Below are positions 37,807 through 50,507 of a stretch of DNA of 64,000 nt, one piece after another (the stretch's first letter is position 1; each line of letters starts with the position of its first letter). A program made the position numbers and the translations under genes. Source of the DNA: Octopus vulgaris. Taxonomy: Eukaryota. The stretch lies in contig OX597822.1 of NCBI GenBank assembly GCA_951406725.2, positions 101,742,001 through 101,806,000 of the forward strand. Reading direction: 5' to 3'. The notes below the pieces were generated by a model that was given only the letters and a program-made list of their open reading frames with translations, was not told the DNA's origin and did no database searches.

Positions 37807-38636
37807 ATTTAACCAATTGTAAACCAAATATTCAAATGTTGTTACTGGCATAGAAACAATAATACAAAAGAAAGTATACGTATAATTATTATTTATACAA
37901 AGGGTTCTGCAGTAGCTACTTTTACCTTTCATAAAATAGTATTCACAGAACGTTTCACTTTTACAATTACTATTTGTATATGAAGTACACATTTACCAAA
38001 GTTCTCGTGAATGTTATGCTTGTCATTATTGATCCATACACTGACACTGAAAGATTTTAGAATCGGTAGTAGAGAAAAAGAAGTATAAGCATATGTATTC
38101 TTTCACAAAAGATAGGATGCACAGAGAGCTTTATTTAAATCTTTTAAAAGTAGTATTTATGTGTAAAGCAGATATGTTCTTAAGCTTTTGTGAATGTTAT
38201 CATATATTTATAGCCATTGATTCATGAACTAGTACTCGAAGCTACTCCTGAGCGTAGAAGCAACAACAGAGGAGAAATTATAGGTATAATTACTCATAGA
38301 AATGGCCCTGCAGTGGCTGTCTTTTACCTTTTGCTTCTTTCATTCATTGAACTGCGGCCATGCTGGGACACCGCCTTGAAATGTTTAGTCACACAGATCG
38401 ACCGCAACCTCATGTTTATTCTATCGGCGCTTTTTGCCGAAGTGCTAGGTTACACGGATGTAATCAACTATTCATCCGCAACTAGGTTTTAATATAAACT
38501 AATCTTATACCGCATGTATAAAATAAATAGAAACTATTATGAAATATTAATTCTGAAGAACTGAAATATGATTAATAAGTAGGAAACTGTTCAAAAATTT
38601 AAATTAATAAATGATGTAAACAAAATATAAATGTAT

Positions 38637-38800
38637 AGGCGTAGGAGTGGCAGTGTGGTAAGTAACTTGCTTACCAGCCACATGGTTCCGGGTTCAGTCC
38701 CACTGCGTGGCACCTTGGCCAGGTGTCTTCTACTTTAGCCTCGGGCCGACCAAAGCCTTGTTAGTGGATTTGGTGGACGGAAACTGAAAGAAACTCGTCG

Positions 38801-38831
<31 letters not shown>

Positions 38832-38988
38832 TTGTTTCTCTCCTTGTTTTTTCAGTGTCCCTTTCTGTAGAAGAGCGTAGGCTCGAAACGTAAAGACTTT
38901 TTCTATTCCTGAGCGTTATACTAATACATCTGTTTGTTTTGTACACCACCTGTCTTCGTCTTTTGTTTTTTTTTCGTAAATTCTCCCT

Positions 38989-39019
<31 letters not shown>

Positions 39020-39238
39020 CGTGTATATGCTTGTGTGTCTGTGTTTGTCCCCCCCCCCCAACATCGCTTGACAACCGATGGTGGTGTGTTTGCATCCTCG
39101 TAACTTAGCGGTTCGGCAAAAGGGACCGATAGAATAAGTACTAGGCTTACAAAGAATAAGTCCTGGTGTCGATTTGCTCAACTAAAGGCGGTGCTCCAGC
39201 GTGGCCGCAGTCAAATGACTGAAACAAGTAAAAGAAAA
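38637..39238 (+). mobile_element. SINE family S2, full length, with a nested insert in its central (TA)n
   Basis: Head GGCGTAGGAGTGGCAGTGTGG..GGTTCAGTCCC; tail GAAACAAGTAAAAGAAAA. Confidence 0.88.
38829..38988 (+). mobile_element. Penelope-like terminal fragment with a minimal hammerhead-like motif, embedded in (TA)n
   Basis: CTTT-CTGTAGA-A-GAGC-GTAG-GCTC-GAAAC-GTA-AAG; homologous copy at 57201-57385 (-). Confidence 0.6.
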
Positions 39239-40339
39239 GAATATCTAGATGTTGATCCTACTGTTCCACGAAAACTAAGTTCAACAAATTTTAGTATAAA
39301 TGATGTTATTCTTTTCTCAACGAATTTATTTGTAGTTTAGTGTATCCCTGTTCTTGATGCGAAAGTCACTGTTTAATAGAATATCTTTCCGCTCTTTGAG
39401 AGTTATAAATATAAGAAACAATCATGGAAGGAAGTTGACTATTCATGGAAAATCTAGCAAAAACAACAATCATTAACCTAGTAAACTTAAATCTAGGATA
39501 TCAAGTAAACGAGTGCAGAAGCAGCAATTGTTGATGGTGGATGGCACGAGTGGTGGGTGGCCGTTAGATTGTAGATAACTTGTTGCTGACTGGTGTTCCT
39601 TTTCAGAAAGAACAATGTTTCTCAAAATCTTCATTCTAAGACAACTGAACTAATCATCTGCACAGCTTGCTTATCACGCAAGATAACACTCTCTTTCTCT
39701 CCCTCTCTCTATCTATTTATTTCTCTCTTTCTCTCCCTCTCTCTGTTTATTTATCTCTCCCTTTCTCTCTCAATGACAGTCGATATACACAGGAATATAT
39801 GAGGGAAACACTTGCCCAAATTAACTTCAGTTTTTCGTTTTACCTCTGATTATCTCTATAGATATTTTAGATATTTCTCTTTCTTGTAATATAGAGAAGA
39901 ATGCTTACGGGAAACTATAACAGTAATATGAATGCGAACAAAAACACACATGTCTCTGTAAGAAAATTATTGACTTTATAAACAAGAAAGAATCATTGAA
40001 CTGTTTCAATATTATTTCATCTAGATTTTACCATAGAATGGATTTTGCATTTCTTTCCGACAGTTTTACATATACTCGCTTGGATGCCGTTTCCTTTCTG
40101 TTTTTTTTTTTACGCATTGTGTATCACCGTTAGCATAAACGTTCATATATGATACAAAACCAATAATTAAATACAATAAACAAAAAAGTTAAATAATCAT
40201 CATGAACATCGAGGTGTTATATAATTGAAAAATTAATTAAATAACGTGGACAAAATCTAATTAAGCAAAATATTTTCTATGGGAATAGTGTTTTCCTTTT
40301 TATTTCTTTGATTCTGATTTCATTATTTTATTCTTAATT

Positions 40340-41230
40340 CGTGCGATGGATTGGTAAAACCGCTGAGCGCCATACAAAATGCGTTACGTTCTGAGTTCAA
40401 ATTCAGCTACGATCAACGTTGCTATTCATCCTTCAAAGAAGCGATAAGATAAAAACCCAGCTTAGTATTGCCGTAGATTTAATCGATTATACACGGATAC
40501 CTCCAATTTAATGTTTATCCTTATATTTGAAATCGATAGTTTATTCTTAATTTTAAAATTAGTATCATAGATTTTTAAGGAGGGGGTTTAAAGAGTTCGG
40601 TCGACGAAGGCTGGAAGATAAGTAGAAGATGAGTGGAATTTAAGGTGTGGCCACAAAAAAACGTTGCTAACGTGACATAGTAATCAGTTCAACATATTCT
40701 CTTTTAATTTTGATAAATATTTATGGTTAATTATTTATTTATGATCTGATTCTCTCCATTACCCAGCTGGATGCAAATGACCTGAACGGACTTACCTTAC
40801 AATAAATAACAATAATAGTAATTGTTTTAAATTTTGGAATACGGCCAGCAACTAGGGATGGGGTGATCGATTTCATGGGTTCCAGCCGTTGGTTGATACA
40901 TCATTTTATCAATCCCGAAAGGAAGGCAGAGTTGACCTCGGCGAAATTTGACCTTAATAGAACTTTATCTCAGAACGTAAAGCCCTGGTAGAAATGCCGC
41001 TAAGCATTCAGTCCGACTCGCTAACGATTCTTCCAGATTCGTGTTAATAATTGTTTCGCATTTTGGCACAAGACCCGTAGTTCTCGGAGAAAGGAGTTAA
41101 TGAATTACATCGACCCCTGTACTTGACTGGTACTTCATTTTATCAACCCGCAAAGGGATGAAAGACAGAGTTGAACTATGCGAAATTTGATGTTAGAACA
41201 GAAACAATAGAAGGAAATGCTTTTCACCGT
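40340..41230. mobile_element. Cluster of old S3-related SINE fragments on both strands
   Basis: Degenerate GAGTTCAAATT and TTTTATC.ACCC..AAGG..GGCAGAGTTGACCTCGGCG motifs; similar relics near 26830, 27710, 30880, 49030-49315, 60430-60650, 61610-61750. Confidence 0.65.
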
Positions 41231-41500
41231 CTTTGGTCACAATGCCCACGAAAACAAAGACAAGGACAGAAGAATTTAAACAAACAGATGTGAACAATAT
41301 ACAGTTGTCACTCGCCAAATCGCGGTTCACCTATCGCGCCCTCAGTACATCGGAAATTTTTCTGGCTAATATATGTAAATTTATATCGCGGACTCCTCAT
41401 TATATCGCGGGTTTCTGCAGCCGATAGGTATTAACATTTTTTTCAGATTTTGATTATTTCTGTTGTAAAATAAGTATTTTCACGACTAAGACTTAATAAA

Positions 41501-41991
41501 TCTCTTATTATAAAAGGCAGATTTTATCTGCCTCCCTTTGGGAGTTATACAAATCTACAATATAGGATTTCTTCAATTACAATTTACCTACCATTTTTAA
41601 GAGTACAATGCATCGCGTCATGCCAGGTCCAGTTTTTAAAATTTAAACTCCAATTAAGCAAAATTTACAGAAAACTCACATTCTGGTGTGTGTGTCAAAT
41701 GCTTTTCTTAGTCTGGTTTACACCACACGCAAACGCACACACACAGTGGGCAACGAATAAAATGAAAGTAAATAGCGACAGAGTGATTTGAGGAAGACTA
41801 AACTGAAAGTATTCTGTCTATGACGCTGATAGATACATGAGTAAAATGTATGGGAAGCTAAGAGCTAAGAGTGAGTGAAAATGTTCTTGGAAGAGAGTAA
41901 ATAGCGAGAGAGAGAGTGATTTGAGGAAGACTTTACATTAAATTACCGTAGTGGCTTGTGTTAGTAATAAAGTAAACATACACTCATACAT

Positions 41992-42024
<33 letters not shown>

Positions 42025-42144
42025 TACACACACACATACACACACACATACATACATACACACACTGAAAACGCACAATTAACTTTCGATATAATTAGAA
42101 TAAATTAACCATACCAGAAGAATGAAAAACAAGAACAAGAATAC

Positions 42145-42184
<40 letters not shown>

Positions 42185-42497
42185 TTCTGAAACACACGAA
42201 TAATTCTTTTTAAAATATTTTCCACTATTTTACTCGGAGGAATCTTGGGATTCCTTCAAGAGAATGAAGTCAAAAATACATACACACACATACATACACA
42301 CACACATACATACATACACACATACATACATACATACATATACATACATATGCATACATACATACACACACACACATACACACACACACCGTATTGAAGC
42401 TTGAGAACAATCAGATACATTTGCAACACATCTGTTGAAAATATTATTGTTCACACACATACATATACATATATACATACAGACAGACAGACAGATA

Positions 42498-42533
<36 letters not shown>

Positions 42534-43605
42534 ATCCAGCATGGCCACAACCTCAAGGCTGAAACATATAAAAGAATAACAGAATATAAATGTGTGCAAA
42601 GTACAAGAAATATTAATGCAGTATATGGGGATTGGACAATAAGCGTAAGGCAGTGTCAATGGTGGTTCCAGAAATCCCGAGCCATAAACTACAGCCTAGA
42701 AGACGAGCCTCATCCTGAAAGATCTGTAGAACTCGACAAGGACATCCTGAAAACCCTGGTGGAACAAAATCTCATCGTAACTGTTGAGGAACTAGCAGAG
42801 AAGCTTGGATTTGGTCATTCAACCATTCATTGAGACCTGTGTGCTATCGGAAAAGTCAGCAAATTGGGTCAATGGGTTCCTCACGAACTTTCCGAGTCTA
42901 ATTGCATGCAGAGAGTGAATGTATGCTTTTCTTTGCTGTCACATCTCACCACTACTGCGCTATGTATATCTATATATATAAAACTGTAGTTGTGTGAGTG
43001 TCTGTCCCCTTCGATTTAGATTCCTAACTACTCCCACATTTTGCGGTGCAGTTTAACCAAATTCGGGTAGCTTATAGTCGTGATTCATATCGAGCCCGTC
43101 TGAATATTAGCGCGCGTCTACGATGAGTCTACGATTTTAAAAATAATTTAACATCATTTTTTATTCCATTTTAATGCATAATTTTTCATGTGTCGATGGC
43201 GGCGGAGTTGGCGTCCACGCTCACACATGCACCTGTGGGGAAGGGAGTGTAAGGAAATCAACGTCGTAATGCGTTGTCAAGGAGACCAGTGTTCTTTTAG
43301 AACAACGACTTCATGGCTTGAAGACACCAAAACAGAAATGGCTAAGAAAGCGTCTACATGAGTCTACGATTTAAAAAAAAATTTACCATCGTTTTTTTTC
43401 CATTTCAATGCATTTTTTCGCTATTATATAAGGGAAGTAACTCTCTAAAAATGTCTACGATGATTCAACGATTTAAAAAAAAATTTACCATCATATTTTT
43501 TCCATTTTTAATGCATTTTTTGCTATTTTTTGGCTATAACTCTCTAAAAATGCTTATATAGTTATTTCCCTTACAAACCCGAGCAACGCCGGGCGATACT
43601 GCTAG
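41501..43605 (+). mobile_element. Composite non-autonomous Helitron
   Basis: A|TC 5' end (TCTCTTATTATAAAAG) at 41501, second 5' end TCTATATATATAAAA at 42969, 3' hairpin CCCGAGCAACGCCGGG at 43578-43593 and CTAG|T at 43602-43606. Confidence 0.72.
42550..42950 (+). pseudogene. mariner transposase N-terminal fragment
   Basis: RNINAVYG..WFQK..SLEDEPH..TVEELAEKLG, stop, then KLGQWVPHEL (mariner WVPHEL motif). Confidence 0.88.
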
Positions 43606-44087
43606 TTAATAGATAAAAATACAGTACTGCACTCTAAAACATTAATTAGAATATATTTTTAAAATATATGTAGCGTAACATATGTGAGCAAACAAAGAAT
43701 CGCATATACTGTATGGAAAACGAAACTCGGAAGGCATGTGTGTGGTGGTGTTTCGCATTTCTGATAAATATATGCAAATTATAAAAATAATAAAAAATAT
43801 ACAGTACAGTACTGTTTCTACTTCGCAGATTTTCACCTATTACGGTGTTTTGGAACGTAAAACCCGCGGTAGTAGAATGATTACTGTAAAGCAATAAAAC
43901 TAACAACAAAATTATAACGACAAAATTTCTTGTGGCCCCTCGTTCTGTGAATGCTTTCCTTTATTCCGACAAATGGCATAAGATTTTTATTAACGCTTCT
44001 TATCAACACAAAGCTTTTATTGGGGAGGAGGGGGGGTCGGAGGAAGGGATGACAATCTGTTTGTGCGTCAGCTTACTAGTTTTGAGT

Positions 44088-44442
44088 GTGGAAGCGCAAT
44101 GGCCCAGTGGTTAGGGCAGCGGACTCGCGGTCGTAGGATCGCGGTTTCGATTCCCAGACCGGGCGTTGTGAGTGTTTATTGAGCGAAAACACCTAAAAGC
44201 TCTGGTTGTGGTACTCTGTCACCACAACTTTCTCTCACTCTTACTTCCTGTTTCTATTGTACCTGTATTTCAAAGGGCCGGCCTTGTCACTCTCTGTGTC
44301 ACGCTGAATATCCCCGAGAACTACGTTAAGGGTGCACGTGTCTGTGGAGTGCTCAGCCACTTACACGTTAATTTCACGAGTAGGCTGTTCCGTTGATCGG
44401 ATCAACCGGAACCCTCATCGTCGTAACCGACGGAGTGCTTCC
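44088..44442 (+). mobile_element. SINE family S1 with a small internal deletion
   Basis: Same head/body as 1945; TSD ACTAGT(T/C)TTGAGT at ~44075 and ~44443. Confidence 0.9.
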
Positions 44443-45070
44443 ACTAGTCTTGAGTGTGTTTTCTTTTTTGTTAATGTGGGTAATGTTGTGGGTGGTGGTA
44501 GAGTTGTTCAGGATTTGTCTGTGCTTGCCGTGAGCGGTTTTACTGTCGTGAATATGTAGCTCGTTCAGTGCGGGTATAACCTTTTAGATATTATTATTAT
44601 TATCTTTTTTTATTTTATTTCTTTATTAATTCTTAATTACTCGTCGGGACCATCCAACTGGGGAGGGAGTAAAAGTACGTTTGCGATGTCTGAAAGTAGG
44701 AAGGAGGGGTTTGAATTGGATATTTTCCAGTGGTGCGGCCGGTCTTGGTTCTAATATCGCGGGTGTCGTTGTTGTTGCAAGTATTCTTGTTACTACTGTT
44801 ATTGGCTGTTGTTGATGCTGGTGTTGCTCCTGTCCCATTTACTGCTGTTGCTGTTGTGTCCTGTTATTGCATTTAGGGCTTCGGGTGGGCAGTAGTTTGG
44901 AGCCTCTCTTCTTCTGCTTTTTGTTGAGGTAAGAAATCTCTGAAGTGGCGTTCTGCACCGCACAAGTGACATCTTAGCTTTCTGCCTTCAACTGCAACCC
45001 GCAGCTCTATTCATTGGGGAGGTGAATAAGGTCTGGAGCTGAGGTGTTTCTGATCAATAAATACTCACAA

Positions 45071-45446
45071 TGGATGGAAGCACTCCGTCGGTTACGACGA
45101 CGAGGGTTCCGGTGAAATTAACTCGTGAAATTAACGTGTAAGTGGCTGAGCACTCCACAGACACGTGTACCCTTAACGTAGTTCTCGGGGATATTCAGCG
45201 TGACACAGAGAGTGACAAGCCCGGCCCTTTGAAATACAAGGTACAACAGAAACAGGAAGTAAGAGTGAGAGAAAGTTGTGGTGAAAGAGTACAGCAGGGA
45301 TCACCACCATCCCCTGCCGGAGCCTCGTGGAGCTTTAGGTGTTTTCGCTCAATAAACACTCACAACACCCGGTCTGGGAATCGAAACCGCGATCCTATGA
45401 CCGCGAGTCCGCTGCCCTAACCACTGGGCCATTGCGCCTCCACTGC
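45071..45446 (-). mobile_element. SINE family S1 inserted into an older S1-type head
   Basis: TSD AAATACTCACAA at 45059-45070 and 45447-45458; older head continues to 45536. Confidence 0.88.
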
Positions 45447-46008
45447 AAATACTCACAATACCCGGTCTGGGAATCGAAACTGCTTTCCTACGACCGCGAG
45501 TCCGCTGCCCTAACCACTGGGCCATTGCGCCTCCACTTTGCTCTTGCTGTCACTATCGCTGTTGTTACTGACACTGCTGTTGTCGCTTTTATTGTTGCTG
45601 CTGCTGGAATCCTTGCAGCTTGCTTTATTAAAAGACCTATGGAAACCTTTGTTGTTATTATTGTACATGTTTTTTTTATTTTTGTGCAACTTTATGGTTG
45701 TATGAGTTTTTCCTGCCACCTCTAATGTTGGGCTTTGTCGTCGCCGAAATTCTAACAAGCAAGCAAAACAGACAAACACAAATAAAGACTAAGAAAATTG
45801 TTTCCTTTTGAACAACGCTTTCTCAATTCTCTTCTTTACTCAGTGAATCGAGGATCCTTCTTTAAAGTTGCAACAAAATTGTTGAAAAGTGAACAAATTA
45901 TTTCAATAATGAGATGCACGACAGTAATAACGATAACGAAACTTTAGTTATAACGATAAGTTTTTGGCACGGGCCCAGAACTTTTAGGGGGATGGGTTAG
46001 TTAATACC

Positions 46009-47161
46009 TATTTCTTTACTGCCCACAAGGGGCTAAGCACAGAGGGTGACAAACAAGGACAGACAAACGGATTAAGTCGGTTACATCGGCCCCAGTGCGT
46101 AACTGGTACTTAATTTATCGACCCCGAAAGGATGAAAGGCAAAGTCGACCTCGGCGAAATTTGAACTCAGAACGTAACGGCAGATGAAATACCTGTTTCT
46201 TTACTACCCAAAAGGGGCTACACACAGAGGGGACAAACAAGGACAGACAAACGGATTAAGTCGATGACATCGACCCCAGTGCGTAACTGGTATTTAATTT
46301 ATCGACCCCAAAAGGATGAAAGGCAAAGTCGACCTCGGCGGAATTTGAACTCAGAACGTAACGGCAGATGAAATACCTGTTTCTTTACTACCCAAAAGGG
46401 GCTACACACAGAGGGGACAAACAAGGACAGACAAACGGATTAAGTCGATTACATCGACACCAGTGCGTAACTGGTATTTAATTTATCGACCCCGAAAGGA
46501 TGAAAAGCAAAGTCAACCTCGGCGGAATTTGAACTCAGAACGTGACGGGAGATGAAATACCTGTTTCTTTACTACCCAAAAGGGGCTACACACAGAGGGG
46601 AAAAACAAGGACAGACAAACGGATTAAGTCGATTACATCGGCCCCAGTGCGTAACTGGTACTTAATTTATCGACCCCGAAAGGATGAAAGGCAAAGTTGA
46701 GCTCGGTGGAATTTGAACTCAGAACGTAACGGCTGATGAAATACCTATTTCTTTACTACTCACAAGGGGCTAAACATAGAGGGGACAAACAAGGACAGAC
46801 AAACGGATTAAGTCGATTACATCGACCCCAGTGCGTAACTGGTATTTAATTTATCGACCCCAAAAAGATGAAAGGCAAAGTCGACCTCGGCGAAATTTGA
46901 ACTCAGAACGTAACGGCAGACGAAATACCTATTTCTTTACTACCCACAAGAGGCTAAACATGGAGGGGACAAACAAGGACAGACAAACGGATTAAGTCGA
47001 TTACATCGACCCCAGTGCGTAACTGGTATTTAATTTATCGACCCCAAAAGGATGAAAGGCAAAGTCAACCTCGGCGGACTTTGAACTCTGAATGCAGCGG
47101 CGGACGAAGTACTGCAAAGCATTTCGCCTGGCGTGCTAACGATTCTCCCAGCTCGCCGCCT
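46009..47161 (-). mobile_element. SINE S3 multimer: one tRNA head plus six tandem ~184-bp bodies
   Basis: Unit junction AATACC at 46003, 46188, 46372, 46556, 46740, 46924; single TSD TGGGTTAGTTAATACC at 45993-46008 and 47162-47177. Confidence 0.93.
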
Positions 47162-48059
47162 TGGGTTAGTTAATACCATCGACTACTTTACTTTATCAAA
47201 CCTGAAGGGATGAAAAGCGATGTCGACCTCTCTTGGCCAAGTTTTCTGAAGGATTGTCTTACAGTAGAAGAGGATAATAAGCTCAAAATTGAAAGAAACA
47301 TAAAATCCCTTATGCTGTAGATTAGTCATTTGCTTACGTTAAGGCAATAACATTGGAGAAAATAAATAATTACATTAAAAGGTAGTTCCGCGTTTCCTAC
47401 GTAAATGCTGTTATAATTGAAAAGATCAATTGCTGATAGACAAATCAATAACCGGAGGTTATGTTTGAAACAGCATGACAAGGATTGATTATCAGGATGG
47501 TTAGGACTGCGCTCCGCAGAAGTGAATTGTAGAAACATTAGAAATGAATAATGCAGCATTGGTGATAAGCAGATGCATCAAACATGTGAACAAAACGCAA
47601 ATAAATGTGCAAATACAAACAAACGAGGGAATTATATAAACGAATCCCACTCCTATTAGACGAAGAATTTCACAAGTGAGCTTTCTCTCTTTGTTCCTTT
47701 TCTCTCAGGCGCTAACAATGTTAATGAATATTCAAAACCATAATGGATTCGGGTATAAATATTATGGAAGAACAATGGAGAATGTGCAACTGCAAAATCA
47801 AATCATAAATATTATATTTATTATGATGTACCCCGAATTCAGAGAATTTGAAGTCTCCAACAACAAGAGTATTATTATGAATGATTTACTGTCGGAATAC
47901 AAATGTATGGAGTAAATGATAAATAGAAATTTATGATATTAAATACAAAGCATGAAGAAAAGCAAAAATAATTAAGTTGTTTTGTGTTCAGATTACCAGC
48001 AAATATAAACAAAGGCTGGAGTAATAAACGGGTTTGATAGAAATGAGGGAAGAGCAACA

Positions 48060-48635
48060 TAAACTATTTAGAAAGTAACAACTAAGAAATAAATTAAATC
48101 TGATTTTACAAAATGCCAATGTTAAGATAAATAAAACTTTGTGGGATTGAATAAAGAAGGGGATAATGGCTCAACTATAGTTGGGAAATGTGGGACTTAA
48201 ACCTGAGGTCGAACAACATTTTTATTGCAGTACCAGACCTAGAGAGATAAAAACAGATGTTTGCATAGTATACTTAAAATTAGATGGCCCAAACACATAA
48301 GCGATATGGAGCTATGGCAAAGAACAAATTAAGTTTCGGTTAGGGGGCAAATATTTAAGAAAAAGTGGAAGTGGATTGGTAGCACAATTAGAAAAGAAAC
48401 ACCAAATGTAGCAAAAAGGGCTTTACAGTGGAAACCGGATGGATATAGAAAGAGGTAGGCCTAAGAACTTGTGGCGGAGATCAACACAAAAGGAACTAGA
48501 GAAAGGGGCACATTCAAGGCAGAGTATAAGTACAGAAGCGAAAGATTATGCGACATGGAAGTCAATTATAAGTGACGTATACTCCGTGTTGGAGGGTTAA
48601 AGGCAGAAAAACAAAACAAAACAAAACAAAAACAA
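48060..48635 (+). mobile_element. RTE-clade LINE 3' end
   Basis: RCLHSILKIRWPKHISDMELWQR, KKKWKWIG, ALQWKPDGYRKR, GRPKNLWRR after a frameshift; (AAAAC)n tail. Confidence 0.82.
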
Positions 48636-49380
48636 GACATGGGCTTTAAATTTGAAATTTTCATTGGCTCAGAATAACATTCTTATCATACTACTGACCA
48701 TTTCACTTTGCTGCAGACGGAAACATTTCCTGGCATTGAACTTGCAAAGCCTTACAGTTTTACCAAAATGGAAGTCACCTGCTTGGCAAATGTTGCTGTA
48801 AGCACAACACTTAAAAGTACAGTTGACTTATGCGTATTACTGAGAAACTGGAAGACATAGAGCCGTGTTGTCATATGTACAAGAAACCCAGCAACAAGCT
48901 TGTGCATGCCAAAATGGTAACCACGGAGGATGATATAAAACAGAGTAAATAGTAATATGTTTAGCTTATCTTGTTCTCCTGATACATATCAGTTTACCAT
49001 ATTGAGAAATTGGAAATGTTAAATGGTGTTAATATATGCAATAAATTTCCGCCCAGGTCGACTTTGCCTTTTATCCGTTCGGGGCAATAAAATATGTACT
49101 AGTTGAACACTGGTGTGTCTATGTAATCGACTTAATCCCTCCCACAATCTTGTTGGCTTCGTGTCAAAGATTCGAAACCGATATATGTAAATAGGGTGGC
49201 AAACTGGCAGAATCGTTACCACGTTGGGTAAAGAGCTTAGCGACATTTCACCCGTCTTTACGTTCTAAATTCAAATTCCACCGAGGTCGATTTTGCCTTT
49301 CATCGTTTTGGTTTCACAGGAAAAATAGTACCTCTTTTATAAAGTGCACGCGTTCATCAGTTGCCAAAATATGCGCGTAC

Positions 49381-49545
<165 letters not shown>

Positions 49546-49590
49546 TATATGTAAATATATATACATATATACATATATATACATATATAT

Positions 49591-49639
<49 letters not shown>

Positions 49640-49736
49640 CATACATAATATATATATATATATATATATACGTATATGTGTTTATATGTATGTATGTATA
49701 TATGCATACATGTATTGGCATATATTTATATGTATA

Positions 49737-49776
<40 letters not shown>

Positions 49777-50054
49777 AAAATCATAATTCTGAAACTACTT
49801 ATGCCTCAAGCTATTTCTTGTGTATAATGAAAACTCTAATTTTGTGCTTTAATCATCTAGAAAAAATATTTAGAACCTCTAAATATATATATTCTTAGAT
49901 AAGACTTATTTGAAATGAGCTAAAAACAATATAAATACCAATTGTAATATATGCTAATTCTTGTCAAATTGTTGCTACCATTTTTCAGCATTTCTACAAG
50001 TATTTTAATGCCATTTCCATAGTGTAGGTCACACGCGTGTTACTATATACATCT

Positions 50055-50475
50055 TTTATCTTTTTATCTATTACTTGTTTCATCAAAAGGCTGCGACAAT
50101 ACTGGGGCACCGCCTTGAAAAGGTATTACTCAAATGAATCAACCACCAGTACTTATCTTTTTAAAACCTGGTACTTATTGTATCCATCCCATCCGCCGAA
50201 CTGCTAAGTTACATGGACGTAAACACACTAATATCGGTTGTCAAGCGGTAGTAGTAGAAGTAGTGGTGGGGTAAGGGCGATAAACACAGATATATATATA
50301 TATGCATATATACGACGGGTTTCTTTCAGTTTCCGTCGATCAAATCCATTCACACGGCTTTGGTCAGCTCGAAGATATAGTTGAAGACATTTAACCGAGG
50401 TGCCACGCAGTAGGACTGAATCCAGAACCATGTCGGTAGCAAGCAAACTTTTTTACCACACAGCCACACCTGCAC
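50055..50475 (-). mobile_element. Diverged SINE family S2 copy
   Basis: Colinear with 1320-1733. Confidence 0.78.
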
Positions 50476-50507
50476 CAATGTATTTATGCATATATTTATA
50501 TATTTAT

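Larger units (their letters stand above)
41302..43886. mobile_element. Tigger/pogo-like MITE interrupted by a Helitron complex
   Basis: TA-flanked imperfect TIRs CAGTTGTCACTCG..ATCGCGG and CCGCGG..AATGATTACTG. Confidence 0.7.

Noticed and set aside
42435-42833. SETMAR-like host gene exon
   Set aside because: In-frame stop before WVPHEL, no SET domain, ORF start lies in a microsatellite
46009-47161. Hammerhead ribozyme in the 184-bp unit (CTGATGA near 46733) or a CRISPR-like array
   Set aside because: Only one unit has CTGATGA, no GAAA follows the adjacent hairpin, and the units have no unique spacers
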